DNA from: an uncultured Acidobacteriota bacterium
Lineage (GTDB): Bacteria > Acidobacteriota > Thermoanaerobaculia > Multivoradales > UBA5704
Length of the DNA: 64,000 bases
Reading direction: 5' to 3'
NCBI GenBank assembly: GCA_963700145.1
Contig: OY969474.1
Coordinates: 4,672,001 to 4,736,000 of the forward strand
The translations under genes and the position numbers were made by a program. Under the pieces are notes generated by a model. That model worked only from the letters and a program-made list of their open reading frames with translations. It searched no databases and was not told the DNA's origin. This document shows positions 8,018 through 19,079 of this stretch, piece by piece; position 1 is the first letter of the stretch, and the number at the start of each line of letters is the position of its first letter.

Positions 8018-9048
8018 TTGCCGGCGGCCTCGCGCCGCCGCCGCCAGGCGGCGGGGGAGGCGCCCACCAGCTTCTTGAAGGCGCGGCTGAACGCCGCCTC
8101 GGACTCGTAGCCGACCTCGTGGGCCACGGCCGCGACCTTGGCGGCGCGGTCGGCGAGCCGCCGCGCGCCGAGCTGCAGGCGCCAGTGCGAGAGGTACTGC
8201 ATCGGCGGCTGGCCGACCAGCGCGGCGAAGCGCTCGGCCAGCGCTGTGCGCGAGACTCCTGCGTCCTTCGCCAGCCCGCCCAGGGTCCAAGGCTCCGCCG
8301 GGCGCGCGTGGAGCAGCGCCAGGGCCCGGCCGACGACCGGATCGCGCAGGCCGGCGAGCCAGCCGCGGCCGCCGGCCGGCAGATCGGCGAGGTACTGCCG
8401 CACGACCTCGACGAACATCAGCTCGCCCAGGCGCTGGATCACGCACTCGCCGCCGGCGCGCGGCTCGCGCGACTCGCCGATCACCAGCTCGATCAGGGCG
8501 CTCAGCCGGTCGGCGGCGCCCGCACCGCGCCGCACGTGGAGCAGCCGCGGCAGCGCCGCGAGGACCGGGTTGAACGGGCGCGCGTCGCAGCCCAGGAAGC
8601 CGCAGACGACGCCGATCCGCCCGTCGCCACCGCCCCCTTCCTCGACGACCAGGGGCAGCTCGCCGCAGAGCATGCAGCGGAAGAAGCTCAGGACCGCCTC
8701 GGGGCCGCTCTCGTCGCGCAGCTCCGGCGCGCTCGCCAGCTGGTAGGGGTCGCCGTGCGGGAAGACGACGACGTCGCCCGGCTCCAGCCGGACGGGCGGC
8801 TCGCCCGCCACCTCGCCCCAACAGCCCCCCTCGGTGACGATGTGGTACGAGATCAGGTGGTCGGCGCCCGGGAGCAGGACGGGCAGGACCGCCGCGCCGG
8901 CCGGCACCGCCGCCGTCCACGGCGTCGAGGCGTCGACGATGAAGAACAGCGCGCCGGTCAGGCGGACCGTGCGCAGCACCTCCGAGAGCACGTCCGCGCC
9001 GGACGCGGCGGCAAGCGAACCGGACGCTCGGTCATGGCCAGTCGCCAC
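8014..9048 (-). CDS. AraC family transcriptional regulator with Cupin_6 N-terminal domain
   Basis: DVLSEVLRTVRL at the N-terminus; C-terminal VGYESEAAFSRAFKK. Confidence 0.9.
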   Translation of the reverse strand: MATGHDRASGSLAAASGADVLSEVLRTVRLTGALFFIVDASTPWTAAVPAGAAVLPVLLPGADHLISYHIVTEGGCWGEVAGEPPVRLEPGDVVVFPHGDPYQLASAPELRDESGPEAVLSFFRCMLCGELPLVVEEGGGGDGRIGVVCGFLGCDARPFNPVLAALPRLLHVRRGAGAADRLSALIELVIGESREPRAGGECVIQRLGELMFVEVVRQYLADLPAGGRGWLAGLRDPVVGRALALLHARPAEPWTLGGLAKDAGVSRTALAERFAALVGQPPMQYLSHWRLQLGARRLADRAAKVAAVAHEVGYESEAAFSRAFKKLVGASPAAWRRRREAAGN

Positions 9049-9072
9049 GGCACGATCCTACAGTCCGGCTCC

Positions 9073-10323
9073 ATGAAGACCTTCATTGCGCTCCCGCTCA
9101 CGCTGCTCGCCGTGCACGCGCCGGCGGCCGCCGCAGGCCCGCCTGTCGGCCGCGACGCCGCGGTCGTCACGGCCTGGAACGACCTGGCGAACGAGCTCGC
9201 CTTCGCCGAGGAGAGGGCACCGGTGTTCAAGCCGGTGCGCGCCCCCGCGCTGATGCACCTGGCGATGCACGACGCCCTCAACGCCGTGGAGCCGCGCTTT
9301 GCGCAGTACGCGCCGCTCGCCACCGACGCGGCGGCGGACCCGATCGCCGCGGCCGCGCAGGCGGCGCACGACGTCCTCGCCGCGCACTACCCGGCGGCGC
9401 GGCAGGACCTGGCGGCCGCGCTCGCCTCGTGGCTGGCGCGGGTCCCCGACGGCGAGGCCGAAGCGCGCGGCGTCGCGCTCGGAGGGCGCAGCGCCGCCGC
9501 CCTCCTCGGCCTGCGCCGCGACGACGGCTGGGACGTCGAGGGGACGTACGTCTTCGCCCGCGGGGCGGGTGCCTACCAGACGACGCCGTCCTGGAACGGC
9601 TTCATGCTCCAGCCCGGCTTCCGCTTCGCCAAGCCCCTGGCGCTCGCGCGGCCGGACGAGCTGCGGCCGCCGGCGCCGCCGCCGCTCGCGAGCGCCGAGT
9701 ACGCGGCGGCCTACGCCGAGGTCAAGGAGCACGGGGCGCGCGCGAGCGCCGCGCGCACCGCCGACCAGTCCGGCTACGCGCGCTGGTGGATGGAGTTCTC
9801 CGAGACGGCGGTCAACCGGCTGGTGCGGGAGCTCGCCGGGCGCCGCGGGTTGGACGCGTGGCAGGCCGCGCGCCTCTTCGCCCTGCTCAACACGGCGCTG
9901 CATGACGCCTACGTCGCCGTCTGGGACGCGAAGTACGAGTACAACCTCTGGCGGCCGTACACCGCGATCCGCGAAGCGGAGGCCGACGGCAACCCCGCCA
10001 CGGCGCCCGACCCGGAGTGGGAGCCGCTGCTCGCCACGCCGCCCCACCCGGAGTACCCGTCGGCCCACGGCGCGGGCTGCGCCGCCACCTTCGCGGTGCT
10101 CGAGCACGTCCTCGGCGACGGCGTCGCCTTCACCATGGCGACGCGCACCGCGCCGCCCGAGATGCCAACCCGCTCCTTCCCCCGCTTCCGCGCCGCCGCC
10201 GCCGAGTGCGCCGACTCGCGGGTGCGGCTCGGCTGGCACTTCCGCTTCGCCACCGACGCGGGCCTCACCCTCGGCCGCGCCGTCGCCGAGCGGGTCGTCC
10301 GCGGCGCCCTCGCGCCGCGCTAG
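9073..10323 (+). CDS. Vanadium-dependent haloperoxidase / PAP2 superfamily protein (secreted)
   Basis: Start at MKTFIAL (signal peptide); motifs AKYEYNLWRP, PPHPEYPSAH, SRVRLGWHF. Confidence 0.85.
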   Translation: MKTFIALPLTLLAVHAPAAAAGPPVGRDAAVVTAWNDLANELAFAEERAPVFKPVRAPALMHLAMHDALNAVEPRFAQYAPLATDAAADPIAAAAQAAHDVLAAHYPAARQDLAAALASWLARVPDGEAEARGVALGGRSAAALLGLRRDDGWDVEGTYVFARGAGAYQTTPSWNGFMLQPGFRFAKPLALARPDELRPPAPPPLASAEYAAAYAEVKEHGARASAARTADQSGYARWWMEFSETAVNRLVRELAGRRGLDAWQAARLFALLNTALHDAYVAVWDAKYEYNLWRPYTAIREAEADGNPATAPDPEWEPLLATPPHPEYPSAHGAGCAATFAVLEHVLGDGVAFTMATRTAPPEMPTRSFPRFRAAAAECADSRVRLGWHFRFATDAGLTLGRAVAERVVRGALAPR

Positions 10324-10394
10324 CGCGGGCGGGCGCTACTTCCGCGCCTGCGGCCGTCGATGCGAGTAGCGGGTCGGCTGTCGCTAGCAGAGCA

Positions 10395-10512
10395 TCATGC
10401 GAACGGGTCGCGCGGCTCTTGCTGCTTGAGCCGCGGGATCTCGCCGGACCACGCCCCCAGGCAGGCGCGGAACTCGGCGGGCCACTCGTCCAGAGGCTCG
10501 TGAATGATCGGG
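10395..10512 (-). pseudogene. Possible C-terminal remnant of a VapB/AbrB-type antitoxin gene
   Basis: Start-less frame PIIHEPLDEWPAEFRACLGAWSGEIPRLKQQEPRDPFA*; the stop overlaps an ATG. The resemblance is by eye only. Confidence 0.25.
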
Positions 10513-10521
10513 CGCCTCCTT

Positions 10522-10881
10522 TCACGCCAGCAGCATCGGCAGCGGCTTCAGCTCACGGCGGAAGGGGTCGAGGATCAGGCCGAAGCCTTCCAGGGTCGTC
10601 GCTCCCAGCAGCGGGCTGTCGCCCTCCTCGCCGAAGATCACCAGCGAGTCGCCGCGCTGGCCTTGGTACTCGAAGATGGCGCTGCCGATCTCCCGCTCGA
10701 TCCTCTCGCCGTTGGCGAGGATGAAACTGCGGCGGGAGTGGGGCTCGATGCCGATCTTCTCGAGCTCGCTCCGCGGCACCAGGGAATAGACGGCTCCGGA
10801 ATCGACCAGGAAGGTCTCTTCGATCGCGCGCGAAGGATCGGCGGGGTTGGCCACTCTCAGCTTGACGAACGTCAGGCCCAT
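10522..10881 (-). CDS. Clan AA (retroviral-like) aspartic protease
   Basis: FLVDSGA catalytic motif and PLLGATTLE. Confidence 0.85.
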   Translation of the reverse strand: MGLTFVKLRVANPADPSRAIEETFLVDSGAVYSLVPRSELEKIGIEPHSRRSFILANGERIEREIGSAIFEYQGQRGDSLVIFGEEGDSPLLGATTLEGFGLILDPFRRELKPLPMLLA

Positions 10882-10926
10882 CGGTCCCTCGCCTCCTGGG
10901 GATTCAGCACTCCGACCGGAAGCGTA

Positions 10927-12012
10927 TCAGTGCCCGCGCTTCCGCGCCTTGCGGCCGCCCACGCGGGTGGCGGTCGCGGGGTCGTTGCGGTCGTCGCGCC
11001 AGGTGGGGTGGTTGAAGTGGATCACGAAGTCGCCGTTATACGAGGCGACGGCGCGGTCGAAGGTCAGCTTCCCGAGGCGGCGCCAGTTCTCGAAGGTGCG
11101 GCGCTGGAAGAGCGGCGTGCCGCGGACCGCGCCGTCGTCCGTCACTTCGATGTCGAAGGCGAGGGTGCGGCGCGGCGTCGGGTCGCCGCGGTCGTAGATC
11201 TGGGCCAGCACCTCGTCGCGAAAGTCCAGGCCGTCGCCGGCGATCCGCGGCTGGTCGGGGGCGACGAGGAGGCGCATGAAGGTGGGCGCCCGCGTCGGCT
11301 CGCCGGCGGGCTTGCCGAGCTCGGCGACGGCGTAGAGCTGGCGGTGCGCGGGCTCCCGGTCGGCCTTCATCAGGACCGCCCCCGTCACGAGGAAGACCGG
11401 CACCCCGGCGCCGCGCCGCCAGGCGCGAGTGTCAGGGGCGTTGCGCAGCTCCGCGTCGTTGATGAAGTCGGTGCGCTCGCCGCCGAAGTCCTCCTGGGTG
11501 ATGAAGTTGGCGGTGCGCAGCGGCTCGGCGTGCTGCGGGTCGGTGGTGGGGAAGAGCTTGCCGACCAGCGCCAGCGACCGCGTGTGGCCGCGCCGGGTCT
11601 CGGTGCAGCAGGTGGAGTAGCGCCCCACCGCCAGCGCGCGGCTGCCCTGGCGGAAGTAGCCCGAGTAGCCGCTCTCCTCGGTGATCTCCCAGAGCCCGGT
11701 GAGGCAGACGCCGTTCGGGTGCAGCAGCCGGCGAAACCCCTTGCCGTCCGGCCCCGGGCGCAGGTCGGCGTTCGAATCGACGGTGCGCTCGCTGGCCCGC
11801 AGGAACGGATAGGGGCGCCCGGACGGCAGCACGCCGCGCAGGACGCGCGACAGGGTGACGTCGTAGACCGGCAGCGGCGGCTCGCCGGCGCCGCCCCACA
11901 CTTTCTGATAGGGATTGGCGAAGAGGGCCTCGCGCACGTCCGCGAAGCGCGATCCGGCGTAGGCGCGGTCCTCGTCACCGAGCCCTTGCGCCCCGAGGTC
12001 GTCCGGTTTCAT
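10927..12012 (-). CDS. Hypothetical protein, possibly catalase-like fold
   Basis: RLLHPNG and VGRYST resemble the catalase motifs RxxHAKG and VRFST. Confidence 0.55.
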   Translation of the reverse strand: MKPDDLGAQGLGDEDRAYAGSRFADVREALFANPYQKVWGGAGEPPLPVYDVTLSRVLRGVLPSGRPYPFLRASERTVDSNADLRPGPDGKGFRRLLHPNGVCLTGLWEITEESGYSGYFRQGSRALAVGRYSTCCTETRRGHTRSLALVGKLFPTTDPQHAEPLRTANFITQEDFGGERTDFINDAELRNAPDTRAWRRGAGVPVFLVTGAVLMKADREPAHRQLYAVAELGKPAGEPTRAPTFMRLLVAPDQPRIAGDGLDFRDEVLAQIYDRGDPTPRRTLAFDIEVTDDGAVRGTPLFQRRTFENWRRLGKLTFDRAVASYNGDFVIHFNHPTWRDDRNDPATATRVGGRKARKRGH

Positions 12013-12042
12013 CGGTCCACCCCCCGGCTCGAGTCTACGCCG

Positions 12043-12786
12043 TCAGACCCGTTGTCGGTCGCCGCGCCGCTGCCTGATCTCCCGGTAGCGCTTCCGCCGC
12101 TTGAAGGCGTTCCAGGCGTGGGGGGCCATGGAGAGGGCGATGAGGAGGACGGAGGCGGCGACGAGCTGGATCATGACCGCGGAGCGCTCGGGGCCGGCGG
12201 CGGCGGCGAGGGTGGCGGAGAAGTAGGTGAAGAAGAGGGTGGCGGGGAGGAGCCCCAGCGCGCTCGTCGCCAGGTAGAGACCGAACGGCACCCCGGCGAG
12301 CGCGGCGCCGTAGTTGACCACCGCGAACGGCAGCGGCATGAAGCGCACCCCGACGAGGCTCCAGAAGCCGCGGCGGGCGATCGCCCGCTCGACGCGCTTG
12401 AGGCGCCGCCCGAAGAGGTGCGCCACGAACTCCCGCCCCAGCACGCGCCCGAGCAGGTAGGTGACGGCGGCGGCCAGGACCGTCCCTAGGAAGCTCCACG
12501 CCCACCCCCAGAGGGTGCCGAAGACGACACCCCCGGCGATCATCATCGGCGCCGCCGGCACGCCGAGCGGGCAGAGCAGGACGTAGCTCGCCACCAGCGC
12601 CGCCGGCGCCCACCAGCTCTCTCGCAGCCGCTCGAAGGTGCGAAGGATCGCCTCGGCGGAGAGCTGGTCGGCGAGCGGCGTCCAGCGCAGGGCCGCGAAG
12701 CCGCCGCCGACGATGGCGATGAGGAACAGGAAACGGACCAGGAGGCGGCGCGGGAGGCGCGGCCGCTCGCTCGGCTCCGGCTTCAC
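12043..12786 (-). CDS. TVP38/TMEM64 (DedA/VTT domain) membrane protein
   Basis: AGGVVFG, YLLGRVLG, VRFMPLPFAVVNYGAAL. Confidence 0.85.
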   Translation of the reverse strand: MKPEPSERPRLPRRLLVRFLFLIAIVGGGFAALRWTPLADQLSAEAILRTFERLRESWWAPAALVASYVLLCPLGVPAAPMMIAGGVVFGTLWGWAWSFLGTVLAAAVTYLLGRVLGREFVAHLFGRRLKRVERAIARRGFWSLVGVRFMPLPFAVVNYGAALAGVPFGLYLATSALGLLPATLFFTYFSATLAAAAGPERSAVMIQLVAASVLLIALSMAPHAWNAFKRRKRYREIRQRRGDRQRV

Positions 12787-12796
12787 GGGCTCGGGG

Positions 12797-13073
12797 TCAG
12801 GGAGTGACGGGGAGCCCCGGCGCGCCGCCGGCCGGCCCGTCGAGGAGGAAGAACTGCCGCAGCTGCTGGTCGAGGATGGTCTGCGAGTTGGGGTCCATGA
12901 AGTTGAGGCGCAGCTCGTTGATGACCATCACCTCGACCTTCTGCCACTCCCCCCAGCAGTCGGCGCAGATCCGCTCCAGGAGCTCCCGTCCCAGCGGTCC
13001 CGGCAGCGGCGCCCGTCCGAGCGCCGGCGCGTCCGGCCGACCGCAACGCGCGCACTGCACGGTCGCCGGCGGG

Positions 13074-13084
<11 letters not shown>
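12797..13084 (-). CDS. Fe(II)-trafficking / oxidative damage protection protein (YggX family)
   Basis: [22 protein letters not shown]...INELRLN. Confidence 0.8.
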
Positions 13085-14056
<972 letters not shown>

Positions 14057-14060
<4 letters not shown>

Positions 14061-15409
14061 GAGCGCGCCTCGGCGACGCTCTGCACCCCGGCCGGCTTCG
14101 GGCGGCCTTCGGCGCGCCCGATCGAGACGTAGCGGAACCCCTCCTCGGCCATGCGCTCCGGCTCGTAGAGGTTGCGCAGGTCGACGATCAGCGGCTGCCG
14201 CATCGCCGTGTGCAGCCGCTCCGGCACCAGCTTCCGGAACTGGTTCCACTCGGTGAGGATCACCAGCGCGTCCGCCCCCTCGGCCGCCTCGTAGGGGCCG
14301 TCGCAGAAGACGACCGCGGGGAACAGCAGGCGGCAGGCGTCCATCGCCTCGGGGTCGAAGGCGCGCACCGCGGCGCCGGCGTCGAGCAGCCCCTGCACGA
14401 TCGGCAGCGCCGGCGACTCGCGGATGTCGTCGGTGTTGGGCTTGAAGGAGAGGCCGAGGACCCCGATCGTCTTGCCGGCGAGCTCGCCGACCGCGCCGCG
14501 GATCTTTCCGAGCATCCGCTCCTGCGTCGCCTCGTTGACCTCCAGCACCGCCTCGATGATGCGGAAGCGCAGCCCCTGGTCGCGGGCGATCTGCGCCGCG
14601 GCGCGGGTGTCCTTGGGGAAGCAGGAGCCGCCGAAGCCCGGGCCCGGGGCGAGGAACCTGGGGCCGATCCGGCTGTCGAGCCCCATCCCCCGGGCGACGA
14701 CGTCGACGTCCGCCCCCAGCGCCTCGCACAGCTCGGCGACCTCGTTGATGAAGGAGATCTTGGTGGCGAGGAAGCCGTTCGAGGCGTACTTGATCAGCTC
14801 GGCGCTCTCGACGTCGGTGATGACGAAGGGCACGTGCGCGGCGGCGAGCGGCGAGTAGACGTCGAGCATGAGCTGCACCGCCCGCGGGTCACGCGTCCCG
14901 ATGACCACCCGGTCGGGCTGCAGGAAGTCCTCGATCGCCGAGCCCTCGCGCAGGAACTCGGGGTTGCTGACGACGGCGAAGCGGTGGCGGTCGCGCGTCC
15001 CCTCCCTGACGATCTCCTCGATCATCTTGCCGGTGCCGATGGGGACCGTGCTCTTGGTGACGATGACCTTGTAGCCGTTGAGGTGCTCGGCGATCGAGGT
15101 CGCGACCTCGCGGATGAAGGTCAGGTCGGCGGCGCCGCTCGGCAGGGGCGGCGTGCCGACGGCGATGAACACCGCCTGCGCCTCCTCGATCGCCGGGGCG
15201 AGCTCGGTCGAGAAGCGCAGGCGCCCTTCGTCCATGTTCTTGCGCACCAGCGTGCGCAGACCCGGCTCGTAGATCGGCACCTCGCCGCGTTGGAGGTCCG
15301 CGACCTTGGCGGCGTCCTTGTCGACGCCCACGACCTGCATGCCGAAGTCGGCGAGACAGGCGCCGGTGACCAGGCCGACGTAGCCGCTGCCGACGACGCA
15401 GATGTTCAT
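14057..15409 (-). CDS. ugd: UDP-glucose 6-dehydrogenase
   Basis: [33 protein letters not shown]. Confidence 0.93.
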
Positions 15410-16359
15410 GGTTGCTGTTCCTTGTACCAGGAAACGAACCGCCGCAGCCCCTCGCGGATCGGCACCTTGGGAGCGTATCCCAAGAGCCGGCCGGCCTTGC
15501 TCACGTCGGCGTAGGTGATCGGCACGTCGCCGGGCTGCTCGGGGAGGCGCTCGATCCGCGGCTCGACCTCGAGCTCCTCGGCGAGCCAGCGCACCAGGTC
15601 GCCGAGCGCGGTGGTCTCGGCGCCGCCGAGGTTGACGATCTCGAAGCCGGGGGCGAGGTCGAGCGCCGCCACCACGCCGTCGACGATGTCGTCGACGTAG
15701 GTGTAGTCGCGGCGGCTGCCGCCGTCGCCGTACATCGGCACCGGTTGCCCGCGCGCCAGCAGGTCGGTGAACTTGTGGATCGCCATCTCCGGCCGCTGCG
15801 CCGGCCCGTAGACGGTGAAGAAGCGCAGGCAGGCGGTGCGCAGGCCGTAGAGGTGGTGGTAGTTGAAGCAGAGCAGCTCGCCGGCGCGCTTGGTGGTGGC
15901 GTAGGGGCTGATCGGTTTGTCGACCGGGTCGTCCTCGGCGAACGGCACCTTCTCGTTGATGCCGTAGACCGAGGAGGAGGAGCCGAAGAGGAAGATCGCC
16001 GGGCCGTGCCGCCGCGCCGCTTCGAGGAGACGCAGGGTGCCGATGCAGTTGACGTCCTCGTAGAGGATCGGCTCGGCGAGGCTCGGCCGCACGCCGGCGC
16101 GCGCCGCCAGGTGGACGACGGCGTCGAAGTGGCCGGAGGCGAAGAGACCGTCGACCAGCGCGGCGTCGCGGATGTCCCCCTCGACGATGCGCAGGTCGGG
16201 GCGGCCGCGGAAGGGCTCGACGTTGCGCCGCTTGCGCGCCGGGTCGTAGAAGTCGTTGAAGTCGTCGAGGACGGTGAGGCGGTCGCCGCGCCCGAGCAGG
16301 CGCCGGACCAGGTGGGAGCCGATGAAGCCCGCTCCGCCGGTGACCAGGACGTGGCTCAT
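15406..16359 (-). CDS. NAD-dependent epimerase (UDP-glucuronate 4-epimerase-like)
   Basis: GGAGFIGSH, HLAARAGVRPS, SSSSVYG, YATTK, RFFTVYGP. Confidence 0.88.
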   Translation of the reverse strand: MSHVLVTGGAGFIGSHLVRRLLGRGDRLTVLDDFNDFYDPARKRRNVEPFRGRPDLRIVEGDIRDAALVDGLFASGHFDAVVHLAARAGVRPSLAEPILYEDVNCIGTLRLLEAARRHGPAIFLFGSSSSVYGINEKVPFAEDDPVDKPISPYATTKRAGELLCFNYHHLYGLRTACLRFFTVYGPAQRPEMAIHKFTDLLARGQPVPMYGDGGSRRDYTYVDDIVDGVVAALDLAPGFEIVNLGGAETTALGDLVRWLAEELEVEPRIERLPEQPGDVPITYADVSKAGRLLGYAPKVPIREGLRRFVSWYKEQQP

Positions 16360-17561
16360 CGGCCGGGCGGCGGCTCGGTGGTCGCGGCGGGCGGCGGCTC
16401 CGTCGCGCCCGGCGGCTCGGGGGCGGGCTCCCGTCCCTGCCCCTGCGCGTCCTCGTAGCGCTTCTCGATCCCCTTCTTCTGCCGGCTGCGGATCAGCCAG
16501 CGCAGCAGCGGCGACTCGTCGACGCCGACCAGGATGTCGTTGACGGCGTCGTAGATCTGCGGGTCGTTGATCAGCTTGGCGGCCGCGCCCTCGCCGCGGT
16601 TCACCTTGTCGGCCACCTCGTTCAGGCTGCGCACGAAGCCGCGCAGCTCGTCGGTCATCTCGCGGCCGTAGGCCTCGTCGTTGACCAGGCGCGGCAGGAG
16701 ACCCTCCTGGGACTGCAGGTTGGTCGAGAACTCCTGGAGGTCCTGCACCACCTGGCGAGCGCTCGCCAGCGTCTGGTCGAACTCGGCCTTCATCTGGGGG
16801 TCGTTGATCAGGCCGGGGAGGAGCCCGGGGCCGCTCTGCGCCTGCGCGATCAGGGCCTCCAGCCGGTCCACCGCGCCGGCGAACTGGTCGGAGAGCGCCG
16901 GGTCGTTGAGCAGCCGCGGCATGAGCCCCTTGCCGGTCTCCAGTTTCTCGGCGATCCGCTCGACGGTCTCGAAGGTGCCGACCATCGACTCGCGGAGCTG
17001 GCGCCCGGCCGGGGAGTCCGAGGTGAGCTCGCCCAGGAGCCCCTCGCCGCGTTCCATCCGCCCGAGGATCGTCGACAGCGACGCGGAGATCTCCACCACG
17101 TTCGCCATCACGTCCTCGCCCGAGGCGAGGAGGGCGTCGACGTTGGTCGCCGCGGCGGGCTCGATCCGCCCGCCCTCGGGCACCGGCGGCAGCCCCTGCG
17201 AGCCGGAGGTGAGCTCGATGTACTTGTCGCCGAGGAGGCCGAGCGTCTTGATGCGCGCCCGCGTGTCGGCCCGCACGCGGTCGGCGTAGCGGCTCTCGAC
17301 GGTGATCCAGACGCGGATGAAGCGCTTGGCCGGGTCCTCGGGGAGCACCACGTCCTCGACCGTGCCGGCGTCGACGCCGTTGAGCTGCACCGGGTTGCCG
17401 GTGCGCACCCCGGAGGCGTTCTGGAAGTCGATGTAGTAGCGGTTCTTGCGCGCGAAGAGGTTGTTGCGGTCGCCGATCAGGAAGACGCTCAGGGCGAGCA
17501 CGGCGACCGCCGCCAGCACCAGCAACCCCACCTTCAGCTCGCGGCCGACCTTACGCCGCAT
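16356..17561 (-). CDS. mlaD: MlaD/MCE family protein
   Basis: N-terminal TM helix, MCE domain (VQLNGVDAGTV, GLLGDKYIEL), helical tail. Confidence 0.85.
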   Translation of the reverse strand: MRRKVGRELKVGLLVLAAVAVLALSVFLIGDRNNLFARKNRYYIDFQNASGVRTGNPVQLNGVDAGTVEDVVLPEDPAKRFIRVWITVESRYADRVRADTRARIKTLGLLGDKYIELTSGSQGLPPVPEGGRIEPAAATNVDALLASGEDVMANVVEISASLSTILGRMERGEGLLGELTSDSPAGRQLRESMVGTFETVERIAEKLETGKGLMPRLLNDPALSDQFAGAVDRLEALIAQAQSGPGLLPGLINDPQMKAEFDQTLASARQVVQDLQEFSTNLQSQEGLLPRLVNDEAYGREMTDELRGFVRSLNEVADKVNRGEGAAAKLINDPQIYDAVNDILVGVDESPLLRWLIRSRQKKGIEKRYEDAQGQGREPAPEPPGATEPPPAATTEPPPGR

Positions 17562-18306
17562 CCTCGTCCTCCTCGCGCCCGGCCAGGAAGGCCGCGAACT
17601 CGGGATGGCGGGTGCCGTCCGCCTCCTCCCAGCCGCCCAGGAAGGCGAAGCGGCCGCGGGTGAGGAAGCCGACGCGGTCCCCGACCTCGCGGGCGAGGTG
17701 CAGGTCGTGGGTCACCACCACCGCCGTCACCCCCAGCTCCTGCTGGATGCCGCGGATCAGCTTGCCGATGGTGGCGGAGGTCATCGGATCGAGCCCGGTC
17801 GTCGGCTCGTCGAAGAGCATCACCTCCGGCTCGAGGGCCAGCGCGCGGGCGAGGGCCACCCGCTTCTTCATCCCCCCCGAGAGGTCGGCGGGCATCTTCC
17901 GCTCCGCCCCCTTGAGCTTCACCACTTCGAGCTTCTGCTTCACCTTCTCGGCGATCTCCTTCTCCTCGAGCCCGCTGTGCTCGCGCAGCGGGAAGGCGAC
18001 GTTGTCGAAGACGGTCATCGAGTCGAACAGGGCGCCGCTCTGGAAGAGCATGCCGATCCGCCGCCGCACCGCGAAGAGCTCCCGTTCCTCCAGCGCGGAG
18101 ATCGTCTGCCCGTCGAAGTCGATGGTGCCGGCGTCCGGTTTCTCGAGGCCGTTGAGCTGCCGCAGCGTCACGCTCTTGCCGCTCCCCGACCGCCCCAGGA
18201 TGACCAGCGACTCGCCGCGCGCGACGTCGAAGTCGACGCGGTCGAGGACCGTCCGCCGGCCGTACCGCTTGACCAAACCGCGGACTTGGTAGAGCGCTTC
18301 CTGCAA
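17551..18306 (-). CDS. mlaF: MlaF-type ABC transporter ATP-binding protein
   Basis: GRSGSGKS, FQSGALFDS, LSGGMKKR, FDEPTTGLDP. Confidence 0.9.
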   Translation of the reverse strand: MQEALYQVRGLVKRYGRRTVLDRVDFDVARGESLVILGRSGSGKSVTLRQLNGLEKPDAGTIDFDGQTISALEERELFAVRRRIGMLFQSGALFDSMTVFDNVAFPLREHSGLEEKEIAEKVKQKLEVVKLKGAERKMPADLSGGMKKRVALARALALEPEVMLFDEPTTGLDPMTSATIGKLIRGIQQELGVTAVVVTHDLHLAREVGDRVGFLTRGRFAFLGGWEEADGTRHPEFAAFLAGREEDEDAA

Positions 18307-18327
18307 GGACCGGACCTCCGCGGCGAT

Positions 18328-19079
18328 TCAGGCGACGAGATAGAAGAGCTTGGTGAGGAAGAAGTCGGCGACGAGGACCAGGATCGCCGCCAGCACCACG
18401 GTGTTCGTCGTGGCGCGGCCGACCCCGTCGGCCCCCCCCTGCGTGGTGAGGCCATTGTAGCAGCCGACGATGGCGATGAAGTAGGCGAAGAAGAGCGCCT
18501 TGCCGAGGCCGGAGAAGATGTCGCCGAAGGTGAGCGAGTCGAGGACGTCGTTGAGGTACAGCCCGGCGGGCAGGCCGAGCTGCACCCGCGCCACGACGAG
18601 CCCGCCGAGGATGCCCAGGAAGTCGCCGATCATGGTCAGCGCCGGCACCATGACCAGGGTGGCGACGAGCTTCGGGACGACCAGCTTCTTGATCGGGTTG
18701 GCGGCCATCGAGCGCAGGGCGTCGATCTGCTCGGTCACCTTCATGGTGCCGATCTCGGCGGTCATGCCGGCGCCGATCCGCCCGCCGACGATGAGCGCGG
18801 TCAAGACCGGCCCCAGCTCGCGCACCAGCGACTTCGACACCACCGAGCCGATGTAGTACTTGATACCGAGCGACGGCAGGCTGTAGGCGGTCTGCAGGGC
18901 CAGCACCATGCCGGTGAAGATCGTGGTGATGCTGGCCACCCCGAGCGAGCGGACGCCGATCTGCTCCATCTGCCGGAACCACTCCCGCCAGTCGTAGGGG
19001 GGCGGACCATGGCGGCGAAGGCGCGCCCGGTCAGGATCGCCAGCTCGCCGGTGCGCTCCGCGAAGAGGCGCGCCGTCAC
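18328..19079 (-). CDS. mlaE: MlaE-type ABC permease with an apparent 1-nt frameshift at 18997-19002
   Basis: RELGPVLT and EQIDALR motifs. GTG at 19079 overlaps the upstream stop. Adding one C to the C6 run joins the N-terminus VTARLFAERTGEL...MVRPP to YDWREWFRQMEQIG. Confidence 0.8.

Noticed and set aside
8119-9072. N-terminal 318 aa of the 734-aa ORF, and similar extensions on lon, uxs, cocE and DUF296
   Set aside because: They overlap neighbouring real genes; the starts were reassigned to internal codons.
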